This document shows, piece by piece, positions 1 to 8,978 of a stretch of 42,074 nt of DNA. Numbering within the stretch: the first letter of the stretch is position 1; each line of letters starts with the position of its first letter. A program made the position numbers and the translations under genes. The notes beneath the pieces were generated by a model. It was given only the letters and a program-made list of their open reading frames with translations. It made no database searches and was not told where the DNA came from. The stretch comes from Opitutales bacterium. Lineage in GTDB: Bacteria; Verrucomicrobiota; Verrucomicrobiia; Opitutales; UBA953. The stretch spans positions 1 through 42,074 of the forward strand of contig CAXNHL010000001.1 in NCBI GenBank assembly GCA_964202105.1, written 5' to 3'.

Positions 1-68
1 CGGCCGCGCACGGAACGTCCCAGGATCGGGAAGTCCTTGCGGCAGGCGGCGACATCGAACGCGGGCAT
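1..68 (-). CDS. cysteine desulfurase (SufS/CsdA-like), first 22 codons only; continues past the window start
   Basis: A minus-strand ATG at 68..66 reads MPAFDVAACRKDFPILGRSVRGR. This fits the typical SufS N-terminus pattern R-x-DFP-[IV]-L-x-[RQ]-x-V-x-G. Only 22 aa are visible and the ORF is too short to appear in the ORF track. Confidence 0.4.
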   Translation of the reverse strand, partial: MPAFDVAACRKDFPILGRSVRG

Positions 69-117
69 AGGGCCGAACGTAGGAGGACCGGGGCGGGGCG
101 CAACCGGGAAGCGAACT

Positions 118-1248
118 TCAGGGCGCCGGCGGCAGGCGCACGGCCTTGCGGATATACGCGGGCACGTCGACGTCCTGGCCGTCGATGAACGTCATGGGCG
201 TGCCGCCGAACAGGCCGCGGCGCATCGATTCCTCCGTCGCGAACTCGAAGATCGGCTGCGCGGGGTCCTCGCCCTTGCCGCCCTTCTTCGTCTTGGCGGG
301 GGGCTTGGGCGCGGGCAACGAAGCACCGAGCACCGAGACTTCGATGCGATCACCGAGCGCAGGTTCGACGCGCGCGCAGAGGATCGTGGAGGTCTCGCCG
401 CCGAAACGCGTGCGGACCGCGGCGACCGCTTCGAAGGCCTCGGTCGAGGTCATGGCGGTACCGCCGGCGACGTGCACGAAAAGCGAAGCGACCTTGGCCA
501 CGGCGCCGGGCGCGTGCGCCAACGGACATTCGATGGCGGCGCGCGCGGCCTTCATCGCGGCGCCTTCGCCCTCACCCAAGCCGAAGGCGAAGAGCGTCGG
601 CGAACCGGGCGTCGAGAGCAGCGAGCGCAACGCGGCGGGATCGACGGCGATGAGCGCGCCAGGCGCGAACGCACTGGCAAGTCCGCGCAGGGCTCCGCCC
701 ACCCACGCATCGGCGGCGGCGAAGGATTCCGACAACGGGGCGTCGGGCGCCACCTGCTGAAGGAGAAGGTCGTTATGGACCATCACGAGGCCATGGCACT
801 TCTGTCCCAGTTTCACCGCGGCTTCGTTGGCCTGACGCATGCGCCGTTCGCCTTCATGCGAGAAAGGCATCGTCGCGAAGGCGAGCACCGTGGCGCCGGT
901 CTCGGCGGCCAAACCGGCGACCGTCGCGGCGGCGCCGCTGCCGGTACCGCCACCGAGGCCGGTCACGAGCACGACCACGGGAATTCCAGTGAAGAGCCGA
1001 CGCAGCGCCGGTTCTTCTGCTTCGGCGGAAGCCAGGCCGAGAGCGGCCTCGCCGCCCGTACCCATCCCGCGCGTCTGCGCGCGACCGAGCTGCAAGCTCG
1101 CGCCGGGGCCGCCGGCGGCCAGGGCGCGCGCATCGGTGTCCAGCAGCGCGACGGAGACCTCGGCCGGGAGTTGCGCCGAAAGGCGGGTGACCATGGCGCA
1201 GCCCGCGCCGCCGAGGCCGACGAGGAGGATGGAGGCGGGCGTGGCCAT
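118..1248 (-). CDS. ftsZ: cell division GTPase FtsZ (divergent)
   Basis: Tubulin signature GGGTGSG, DTDARAL, MPFSHEG and HNDLLL motifs. C-terminal FtsA-binding-like peptide DVDVPAYIRK. Last gene of the dcw cluster. Confidence 0.9.
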   Translation of the reverse strand: MATPASILLVGLGGAGCAMVTRLSAQLPAEVSVALLDTDARALAAGGPGASLQLGRAQTRGMGTGGEAALGLASAEAEEPALRRLFTGIPVVVLVTGLGGGTGSGAAATVAGLAAETGATVLAFATMPFSHEGERRMRQANEAAVKLGQKCHGLVMVHNDLLLQQVAPDAPLSESFAAADAWVGGALRGLASAFAPGALIAVDPAALRSLLSTPGSPTLFAFGLGEGEGAAMKAARAAIECPLAHAPGAVAKVASLFVHVAGGTAMTSTEAFEAVAAVRTRFGGETSTILCARVEPALGDRIEVSVLGASLPAPKPPAKTKKGGKGEDPAQPIFEFATEESMRRGLFGGTPMTFIDGQDVDVPAYIRKAVRLPPAP

Positions 1249-1249
1249 C

Positions 1250-2485
1250 TTAGAAGCGGAAGAGCGCCTTGAGCTGGGCGAGGAAGCCGCGCGGACGGGC
1301 GACCGCCGGCGGGGCGTCGGCCAAGGCCGCGGTCATGAGGCCGACGACGCCCGCATACTCGGGCTTGCGCAGGGATTCGTTCTCGAAGTCAGGCACGCCG
1401 ACGCGGGCCGAGACGCCGGTCACGAGCTGGACCGCTTCGGCGGCGTCGGCGAGATTGGCCGAACCACCGGTGAGGATCACGCCCGAGGGGATCATGTTCT
1501 GATCGAGGCGCACGGCGTGGCCCGGGAAGATCTGTTCGAGGCGACGGAGCACGTCCTTGCGGACGAACTCGATCGTCTCCTGGTAACGCAGCGAAAGCAC
1601 CTGGGTGATCGTCCCGCGGTTGAACTGCTGGTCGCCCACGCCCTTGTCCCCGTCCTTCCAGATGGTCTGGTTGACGTCGGTCTCGCGGTGGAGCGCCGAG
1701 CCGAAGCGCTGCTTGAGGTCTTCAGCCGTCTCGCGGCTGATGCGCAGCGCGACGCTGAGGTCATTGGTCAGGTGCTCACCGCCCACGGGGATCGAGCCCG
1801 CGCAGAGGATGTGCTCCTTGTAGTAAAGGATCCAGTCGGTCGTGCCGGCGCCCATGTCGATGACGAGCACCCCGCCCTGCTTGTCGGCGTCGCTCGCCGT
1901 CGCGCAGGCGGCGGCGTGGCTGGCGAGGATGAAGTCGCGGACGCGGATGCTCAGGCCGTTGACCATGCCCACGCGCATGCGCATGTTGCCCTCCTCCATC
2001 GTCACGCGCCAGAAGTTCACCTCGAGGCGCTTGCCGGTCATCCCGACGGCGTTGCCGACCGCGCGGTTGTCCAGCATGGTCGGCTGGCGCATGTAGAGCA
2101 GCGTGCTGCGGCCCGCCGGCGGCTCGAGGCGCTTGGCCGAGGCGATGGCGTCCGCGACGTCCTTGGCGGTGACCTTGCCGTCGTGCGCGGGCACGGCGAT
2201 GAAGCCCTTCACACGCTCGCCTTCGGCGGCGGGACCGGACAACGAGAGATAGACCTGTTCGACCGCGCGGCCGGAACCGCGTTCGATGTCATTGACGACC
2301 TCATGCACGCATTGGGTGAGCTTCTCGAGGTCGGTGACGGTGCCTTTCACGACGCCGTCGGTGCGGCGTTCACTGAAGCTGAGCATGCGGGCCTTGCCGT
2401 CGATGACCTGTCCGAGGAGGCTGGCGGTCTTGTGCGTGCCGATGTCGATGACGGCGATGAGGGATGGAAGGGGCTTAGGGGTCAT
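1250..2485 (-). CDS. ftsA: cell division protein FtsA (actin-like ATPase)
   Basis: N-terminal phosphate-1 motif VIDIGTHKT, VIDMGAGTTD and ILTGGSANL motifs. C-terminal amphipathic helix LAQLKALFRF. Lies between ftsQ and ftsZ. Confidence 0.9.
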   Translation of the reverse strand: MTPKPLPSLIAVIDIGTHKTASLLGQVIDGKARMLSFSERRTDGVVKGTVTDLEKLTQCVHEVVNDIERGSGRAVEQVYLSLSGPAAEGERVKGFIAVPAHDGKVTAKDVADAIASAKRLEPPAGRSTLLYMRQPTMLDNRAVGNAVGMTGKRLEVNFWRVTMEEGNMRMRVGMVNGLSIRVRDFILASHAAACATASDADKQGGVLVIDMGAGTTDWILYYKEHILCAGSIPVGGEHLTNDLSVALRISRETAEDLKQRFGSALHRETDVNQTIWKDGDKGVGDQQFNRGTITQVLSLRYQETIEFVRKDVLRRLEQIFPGHAVRLDQNMIPSGVILTGGSANLADAAEAVQLVTGVSARVGVPDFENESLRKPEYAGVVGLMTAALADAPPAVARPRGFLAQLKALFRF

Positions 2486-3471
2486 CGGAGAGGGGTGGTG
2501 ACGGGAGTGGTGACGGGGACGAGACGAGGTTCGGGAATCGGCGAAGCGGCGTTGGTCCGGTTCTGGATGGACATCTTGAGCACGTAGGCCGACGCGGTCG
2601 TGCCGGGCCGGCGCAGGAGTTCGTCGACGTTGATGCGCCCCAGCAGGATGAGCTCATTACGCCAGTTGGCGGTGGAGAAGACGATCTCGACCAAGGCCGG
2701 CCGGTCCATCGGCTGCGTCCCGGGGCGGACGGTCACGCGGAGGTTCGAGCCGGGCGAATCTTCCTGCGCGCCGAAACAGTCGCGGAGCGAGACGGCCGAC
2801 CACTGCTTGAAGAGGTGCGGGTAGGTCGTGCGCACGGTCAGCAGGAAGGGCGCGGCGATCTCGATGCCTTCGATGAGCAGGCCGTCGTCGGCGCCGGTCG
2901 AGCGGAAATGCTGGATCTCCGGCAGGTTGCGGACCGCCTGCTCGGGATAGCCGACGCCGGCGAAAGTCCGCCCGTCGGCGGCCACGAGGCGCACCTGCAT
3001 CGACGTGCCCTTGTCGGGCAGGCTCACGATCTTCGCGACCGCGAGCCGCTCGCGCAGGTTGATTTCCAAAGTGCCGTCGCCGCGTCGGCGCACGTCGGCC
3101 GCGACGACCTGGTTATCGGCCTCGAGGTCGGCCTTGATGGCACGGACATCGCGCGCGAAACCTTCGGGGCCCGCGGCGATGACCTTCTTCACGAAGGCTT
3201 CGGACAGGAAGCCGTCCGTCTGGAAGCGCACCTTGGCGGCGGGGGCGGCGGCCGCGGATTCGTCGACGGCCCACCAGATCAGCGCGCCGAGCACGAAGAG
3301 GAAGAACGCCGCGGCGACGGTCGGCAGCTTGGAGCGCACGACGCGCTTGCGGCCGAGCTCGCCGGCGGGCACGCGCTGGACGTCCTGCGGCACGAGGGCG
3401 CGCCAGTCACGGTCGGCCTGGCCGCGGAAAGCGTCGCGGCGGCGGCCGAACAAAGAATCGAAGAGGCCCAT
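2482..3471 (-). CDS. ftsQ: cell division protein FtsQ/DivIB-like (single TM + POTRA-like region)
   Basis: One N-terminal TM helix (VAAAFFLFVLGALIWWAV) followed by a POTRA-like segment (TLEINLRERLAVAKIV). Canonical position between ddl and ftsA. 4-nt overlap with ftsA. Confidence 0.6.
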   Translation of the reverse strand: MGLFDSLFGRRRDAFRGQADRDWRALVPQDVQRVPAGELGRKRVVRSKLPTVAAAFFLFVLGALIWWAVDESAAAAPAAKVRFQTDGFLSEAFVKKVIAAGPEGFARDVRAIKADLEADNQVVAADVRRRGDGTLEINLRERLAVAKIVSLPDKGTSMQVRLVAADGRTFAGVGYPEQAVRNLPEIQHFRSTGADDGLLIEGIEIAAPFLLTVRTTYPHLFKQWSAVSLRDCFGAQEDSPGSNLRVTVRPGTQPMDRPALVEIVFSTANWRNELILLGRINVDELLRRPGTTASAYVLKMSIQNRTNAASPIPEPRLVPVTTPVTTPLR

Positions 3472-3473
3472 GG

Positions 3474-4397
3474 TCAGCGTTGGTCGGTGCGGGTGGCGCG
3501 CGCGAGGGCCGGAGCGGCCATGCGGCGCACGAGCGCGGGAAAATCGAGCCCGACGCAGGAAGCGCTCTTGGGCATCAGGCTGGTGGCGGTCATGCCGGGC
3601 ATCGTGTTGATCTCGAGGAAATAGAAGCGGCCGTCCGGCTCAAGGAAGACATCCGCGCGGGCGAAGTCCCGGCAGCCGCAGGCGGCGAAGAGGCGCGCGG
3701 CGGCCTCGCCGATGGCGACGGTGAGCTCGGCGGGGATCGGCGCGGGGAAAAGGTATTCCGAGGCGCCCTTGGAATACTTGGTCTGATAATCGTAGACGCC
3801 GGTGAGCGGGACGATCTCGACGAGGCCCATGGGGCGGCCGTCAAGCAGACCGATCGACATCTCGCGGCCGCGGAGGCGGCGCTCGGCCATCCACTGCCCG
3901 GAAGCGGGAATCTCCGCCAGGGCCTTGGCCACGGCGGCCTCCCCTTCCAACATATAGAGACCGACGCTGCTGCCCTGGTCGGACGGCTTGATGACGAGGT
4001 GTTCGCCCAAGGCGGCGATGAGCGCGGCGGCCGTCGGCTTAGCGGCGCCGGCGAAGGCGACTTCGGGAATCGCGGGGACGTCGGCGGTGCGCATGGCGCG
4101 CTTGGTCGCGACTTTGTCCATGCAGAGCCGGTTGGCGGCCGAACCGCAGCCGGCGAACGCGACGCCGCGGGCTTCCATTTCAGCCTGGGCGCGGCCGTCT
4201 TCACCCCAACCGCCGTGCAGGACCGGGAAGACGACGTGCCGGGCGGCGTCGAGCCACTCGGGCAAGGCGTCGGCGGTGAGTTCGACAAGCCGGGCGCCGG
4301 GCAGGACTTCGGATACGGCCTTGCCGGAACGCAGCGAGACCTCACGTTCGGAGGAAAGACCGCCGCAGAGGACGATGATCTCGCGGGCGTCGCTCAT
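3474..4397 (-). CDS. ddl: D-alanine--D-alanine ligase
   Basis: MSDAREIIVLCGGLSSEREVSLRSG start, ATP-grasp motifs and C-terminal EINTMPGMT. Start chosen at the ATGA overlap with the murC/B stop. The Arg-rich 197-aa upstream extension of the ORF overlaps murB in another frame. Confidence 0.9.
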   Translation of the reverse strand: MSDAREIIVLCGGLSSEREVSLRSGKAVSEVLPGARLVELTADALPEWLDAARHVVFPVLHGGWGEDGRAQAEMEARGVAFAGCGSAANRLCMDKVATKRAMRTADVPAIPEVAFAGAAKPTAAALIAALGEHLVIKPSDQGSSVGLYMLEGEAAVAKALAEIPASGQWMAERRLRGREMSIGLLDGRPMGLVEIVPLTGVYDYQTKYSKGASEYLFPAPIPAELTVAIGEAAARLFAACGCRDFARADVFLEPDGRFYFLEINTMPGMTATSLMPKSASCVGLDFPALVRRMAAPALARATRTDQR

Positions 4398-6670
4398 AGG
4401 AGTTCCTTCCATTCGCGGCCGAGCGCGACGATCTCCGGCTGGAGCTCGACGCCCTGACGGGCCTTCACTTCGGCGCGGACCGTGCGCATGAGCGCAAGGA
4501 AGTCGGCGGCCTTGGCCTCGCCGGCGTTGACGAGGAAGTTGGCGTGGGTCGGTGAGACCGAGACGGGGCCGACGGCGCGGCCCTTGAGCCCGCTGAGGTC
4601 GATGAGCCGGCCGGCCTTGTCGCCTTCGGGATTCCGGAACACACAGCCGGCGCTCGCTTCGCGGGGCTGCGAGGCGCGGCGACGAGCGGCCATTTCGTCC
4701 ATACGTCCGCGGATGGCGGCGGAGTCTTCGGCCGAAGCCGAGCGGAGGACGGCGGAAAGGACGACCGCCCCGTGCAGCTGCGGGCAATCGCGGTAAAGGG
4801 CGTCGAAACAATCGCGGCGCGCGGCGCGCACGCGTCCCTGCGGGGTGAGCCACTCGATGGATTCGACGACGTCGAAGATCCAGCCGCCCATCGCGCCGGC
4901 GTTCATGCGCAAGGAGCCGCCGACGGTCCCGGGGATGCCTTCGAGGAATTCGAAACCGGCGCGGCCTTCGCGCGCAGCCACGCCGCACAGTTCCTTCAGG
5001 CGGGTGCCGCCGCCGACGCGGAAGCGGCCTTCACCAAGGTCGGTCACCGCGCCCCAGCGGGCGGTGTCGAGATGCAGGATGAGTCCGTCGTAACCTTCGT
5101 CGGGCACGAGGAGATTGGAACCGCGGCCGAGGACGAACCAACGGAGGTCGAGCTCCGCCGCCGCGCGCAGGAGCGTGACAAGGTCGTCGACCGACGCGGG
5201 TTCGGCATACCAGCGGGCCGCACCGCCGAGTCCCAGCGTGGTGCGACGGGCGAGCGGTTCGTTGGCGCGAAGGACGCAGTCCTTGGAAAGACGGCCGGCG
5301 ACGAGATCCGGGAGATCCGCGGAAAGGACGCCCTCGCCACGGCGGCGCAGCACCTTCGCGTAGGCCTCGGCGTCGCGCTCGATGTCGCCCGCGCCCACGA
5401 AGGCCACCACCGTGTCGGCCCCCTCGGCGAGCGTGTCGAGCAAGGCCGGCAACGCGCGACGGTCCTCGATGAGGCGGTGCGCGGAACCGGCGACGATCGC
5501 ATCGGAACCGCCGCCTTCGACGGCGGCTTCGCCGGCGGAATAGACCGGGAGCACGAGCGCCTGGTCGGCCACGGCGAGCGCGTCGCGGAACTCGCGCGCA
5601 TACTGGCGCGTGCGGGTGTGACGGTGCGGCTGGAAGACGACGAGCAGGCGGCCGGCATGCGTCTCGCGTACCCACTGGAGCAGCGCGGCGATCTCCGTCG
5701 GGTGATGCGCGTAGTCGGCGAGCACGCGCAGGCCGGTGCGTTCGAAGAGGACGTCCTGCCGGCGACGGATACCGCGCCAGCGCGCCAGCGGTTCGGCGAC
5801 GAGGCCGCCGGTGATGAAGTGCGTGACCGCGAGCGCCAGCGCGGCGTTCGAGCGGTTGAAGGTGCCGGCGACGGGGAGATTGAACTGGCCCGCGGGGAAA
5901 CGTCCGCCGAGCGCGACGACCGACGAGGAATGCCCGCCCTGCACGAGCCGGCAGGAATAGTCACCGTCTTCGCCCACGCGGATGACCGGCACCTTGAGGC
6001 CTTCGACCAGGCGCTCGAGGCGCGCATTGCCGACCGGGATCACCACGGCGGAACGGGTGCGTTCGAAGAGCGCGCGGAAGACGGCCTCGAGCGCGGCTTC
6101 GTCGCGGTAATAGTCGGGATGGTCCCAGTCGAGGTTCACCGCCACGGTGACGTCAGGCGAGAACGCGCCGATCGTGCCGTCGCTCTCGTCGACTTCCGCG
6201 ACGACCCAGGGCGAAGTCGCCGAAGCGCGCGCGGGCGGGAAAGCCGGGTCGCGGAAAAGGCCGCCGAGGACGTACCCGAAATCGGCGCCGGCGCTGGCGA
6301 GCGCGGCGACGAGCAGGCCGCAGGTGGTGGTCTTGCCATGGCTGCCGCAGACGGCGACGAACCGGCGTTCGGCGACCGCTTCGGCGAGCAGCTCGCCGCG
6401 GCGCAAGGTGCGCACGCCGTGGCCTTCGGCGAGCGTGAGGGCGGGATGGCCGGGCTTGACCGCGCTGGAGCGGCCCACGACGGAAGGATGGCGGCCGGCG
6501 GCCCAAGGATCGCGCAGGAGCGGCACTTCTCCGTTGGCAAGCTGGAGCTCCATCGGACTGCCGGTCGCGTCGTCCCAACCGGAGACGTCCCAGCCGTCAC
6601 CTTTGAGATAGAGCGCGAGCGGACCGACGCCCATGCCGCACGCCCCGAGCATCCAGGCGGAACGGCTCAT
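4394..6670 (-). CDS. murC/murB: bifunctional UDP-N-acetylmuramate--L-alanine ligase / UDP-N-acetylenolpyruvoylglucosamine reductase (MurC-MurB fusion)
   Basis: The N-terminal ~450 aa is a Mur ligase (GMGVGPLALYL, P-loop CGSHGKTTT). The C-terminal ~300 aa is a MurB FAD-binding fold (RTTLGLGGAARWY, LGRGSNLLV). Single uninterrupted frame. Start at the ATGA overlap with the murG stop. Confidence 0.9.
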   Translation of the reverse strand: MSRSAWMLGACGMGVGPLALYLKGDGWDVSGWDDATGSPMELQLANGEVPLLRDPWAAGRHPSVVGRSSAVKPGHPALTLAEGHGVRTLRRGELLAEAVAERRFVAVCGSHGKTTTCGLLVAALASAGADFGYVLGGLFRDPAFPPARASATSPWVVAEVDESDGTIGAFSPDVTVAVNLDWDHPDYYRDEAALEAVFRALFERTRSAVVIPVGNARLERLVEGLKVPVIRVGEDGDYSCRLVQGGHSSSVVALGGRFPAGQFNLPVAGTFNRSNAALALAVTHFITGGLVAEPLARWRGIRRRQDVLFERTGLRVLADYAHHPTEIAALLQWVRETHAGRLLVVFQPHRHTRTRQYAREFRDALAVADQALVLPVYSAGEAAVEGGGSDAIVAGSAHRLIEDRRALPALLDTLAEGADTVVAFVGAGDIERDAEAYAKVLRRRGEGVLSADLPDLVAGRLSKDCVLRANEPLARRTTLGLGGAARWYAEPASVDDLVTLLRAAAELDLRWFVLGRGSNLLVPDEGYDGLILHLDTARWGAVTDLGEGRFRVGGGTRLKELCGVAAREGRAGFEFLEGIPGTVGGSLRMNAGAMGGWIFDVVESIEWLTPQGRVRAARRDCFDALYRDCPQLHGAVVLSAVLRSASAEDSAAIRGRMDEMAARRRASQPREASAGCVFRNPEGDKAGRLIDLSGLKGRAVGPVSVSPTHANFLVNAGEAKAADFLALMRTVRAEVKARQGVELQPEIVALGREWKELL

Positions 6671-7746
6671 GCGGTGGCGCCGCCGGCGAGGGCGACGGTC
6701 TCCGTGGCGAGGGCGTCCCAACGGTTGGCCGCGTCGGCCAGCGCGAGCGCGTCGCGCATGACGGAGAGCGCGGCGTTGTCATGGAGGCGGTCGAAGACGA
6801 CGACGGCGAGACGGTTCAGCTCCGCCTCCGGCAGGAGGATCGCGGCGCCGGTCCGCTCGCTCTCGCGGGCGTTGGCGGTCTGATGGTCGTCGGCGGCGGA
6901 AGGCAGCGGGATGAGGACCGCGGGCGTCCGGCAGGTCGCGAGCTCGGCGAGCGTACCGGCGCCGGCGCGCGCGACGGCGAGGTCGGCGGCGGAATAGGCC
7001 GCGGCCATCTGGTGGCAGAACGGCAGGAACTTCACCACCGACTGCGGCGAACGTACCTCGTCCTCGCGGCCGCCGGGACCGGTGAGGCAGAGCACGTGCA
7101 CGCCGCGCACGGCGAACTCCTCGAGATTATCTTCGACCCAGCGGTTGAGGCGGGTCGCGCCCTGGCTGCCGCCGACGACGAGCACGAGCCGGCCCGAAGG
7201 AGGGAGACCGAGCGCGCGGCGCGCGGCCTCGCGGGCCTCCGGGCGGATCTCCGCGCGCACGGGATAGCCGGAATCATGCTGCCGCTCCGCCGCGACGCCC
7301 GGCAGGCGCACGCCCGTGGGCAGATGGACCGAAGTCGCGAAACGCGCGATGAGCCGCACGGCTTTTCCGGGACGGCGGTTCGCCTCATGCACCAGCACCG
7401 GCACGCCGGCGAGCCGGCACGCGAGCGCGGGACCGAGGCTCATGAAGCCGCCGAAGCAGACGAGGACCGACGGACGGAACTCCCGGAGCAGCCGCCACGA
7501 AGACCAGACGGCGCCGAGGAGCGCGGGAAAGAACAGCAGACGGCCGAGCAGGCCCGGACCGAAGCCGCGGCCCTTGCCCGGCACGAAGCTCAGGCGAGGG
7601 TAATGCGCGGTCATGCGCGCGTCGACGGCCTTGCGGCTGACGATCAGCCGGCATTCGTGTCCGTCCTCGGTGAGCCGCTGGGCGAGGGCGATGCCGGGCG
7701 CGAGATGGCCGCCGGTACCGCCGCAGGCGAGCAGCACGCGGCTCAT
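6667..7746 (-). CDS. murG: undecaprenyldiphospho-muramoylpentapeptide beta-N-acetylglucosaminyltransferase MurG
   Basis: MSRVLLACGGTGGHLAPGIAL (GGTGGH motif) and a GT28 C-terminal domain. Start at the ATGA overlap with the ftsW stop. Confidence 0.9.
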   Translation of the reverse strand: MSRVLLACGGTGGHLAPGIALAQRLTEDGHECRLIVSRKAVDARMTAHYPRLSFVPGKGRGFGPGLLGRLLFFPALLGAVWSSWRLLREFRPSVLVCFGGFMSLGPALACRLAGVPVLVHEANRRPGKAVRLIARFATSVHLPTGVRLPGVAAERQHDSGYPVRAEIRPEAREAARRALGLPPSGRLVLVVGGSQGATRLNRWVEDNLEEFAVRGVHVLCLTGPGGREDEVRSPQSVVKFLPFCHQMAAAYSAADLAVARAGAGTLAELATCRTPAVLIPLPSAADDHQTANARESERTGAAILLPEAELNRLAVVVFDRLHDNAALSVMRDALALADAANRWDALATETVALAGGATA

Positions 7747-8957
7747 GCGCGCGCCTCCTTCGGCACGAAGGCCGGTTGGGCCGAGGCGCGGACGCAGTTG
7801 AGGATGAGGCCCACCATGCAGGCCATGATCACGAGATTGGTGCCGCCGTAGCTGATGAACGGCAGCGAGATGCCCTTGGTCGGCAGCAGCCCGGTCACGA
7901 CACCCATGTTGATGAGCGCCTGGAAGACGAGGAAGAGCGTGGCGCCGAGGCAGACGTTGAAACGGTAGAGGTCGGCGGTGTGGCGCATCGCGCGGTAGGC
8001 GCACCAGAAGATGCCGAGGTACGCCAGCGCCACGAGCGTGGTGGCGACGAGGCCGTATTCCTCGCCGATGACCGAGAAGACGAAGTCGGTGTGGGCTTCC
8101 GGCAGGTAGGCGCGCCCCTGCAGTCCGTTCGCGGCGCCCTTCCCGGTCAGGCCGCCGACGCCGAAGGCCACCATGCCTTCGAAGAGCTGGTAGGCCTCGT
8201 CGCCGCGTTTCTCCCACGGCTCGAGGAACGAGGTGAAACGACGCAGGCGGTTGGGCCAGTTGAGGATGAGGATCGTGAAGCCGCCGAGGCCGAGCAGGAA
8301 CGAGGGGATCACGTAGGCCCAGCGGACGCCGGAGACGAGCATCATGGTGCCGCCGACGGCGCAGCAGAGGAGGATCGTGCCGAGGTCGGGACCGAGCGCG
8401 ATGAAGCCGGCGATCAGCAGCAGGATGCCGAGGGGCTTCGCGAAGCCTTCGCGGAAGTCGATCCACCCGCGCGGGGTGAAGAGATACGGCGAGCGGGAGC
8501 TGAACTGATAGAGCGCGAACTTGTTCGGCAGCGTGTGCCTCTGCATGCGCGCGAGGAAGTCGGCGAGGACGATGACCAGGGCGAGCTTGCCGAGGTCGGA
8601 CGCCTGCAGGCGGAAGACGCCGAAGTCGATCCAGCGCCAGGAGCCGTTGACGGAGACGCCGATGCCGGGCACGCGCGCGAGGAACATCAGGCCGCACGCG
8701 ATCCACAGGATGCGCACGCGCCAGGCGCGGGCCTTGTCGAGGTCGAGCCGGTAGAAGGCGAACCCGGCGAGGAAGGCGATCGGGACGTACGCCAGCTGGC
8801 GATAGAAGGCGGCGGTGCGATTACTCGCCGAGAGCGAGATGCCCGCGCTGTATTGCACCATCAGGCCGAACAACGCCAAGGTCACCGCGAGCACGAAGAT
8901 GCCGAGGGCATACCCACCCAGGGCGCCCGGCTCCTCCTGCTTGACCTTGATGACCAT
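7743..8957 (-). CDS. ftsW: SEDS-family peptidoglycan glycosyltransferase FtsW
   Basis: Polytopic membrane protein with SEDS motifs (PEAHTDFVFSVIGEEYG, LPTKGISLPFISYGGT). Located upstream of murG. Confidence 0.9.
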   Translation of the reverse strand: MVIKVKQEEPGALGGYALGIFVLAVTLALFGLMVQYSAGISLSASNRTAAFYRQLAYVPIAFLAGFAFYRLDLDKARAWRVRILWIACGLMFLARVPGIGVSVNGSWRWIDFGVFRLQASDLGKLALVIVLADFLARMQRHTLPNKFALYQFSSRSPYLFTPRGWIDFREGFAKPLGILLLIAGFIALGPDLGTILLCCAVGGTMMLVSGVRWAYVIPSFLLGLGGFTILILNWPNRLRRFTSFLEPWEKRGDEAYQLFEGMVAFGVGGLTGKGAANGLQGRAYLPEAHTDFVFSVIGEEYGLVATTLVALAYLGIFWCAYRAMRHTADLYRFNVCLGATLFLVFQALINMGVVTGLLPTKGISLPFISYGGTNLVIMACMVGLILNCVRASAQPAFVPKEARA

Positions 8958-8978
8958 GACGTGCGGCGGCGCGACGGC

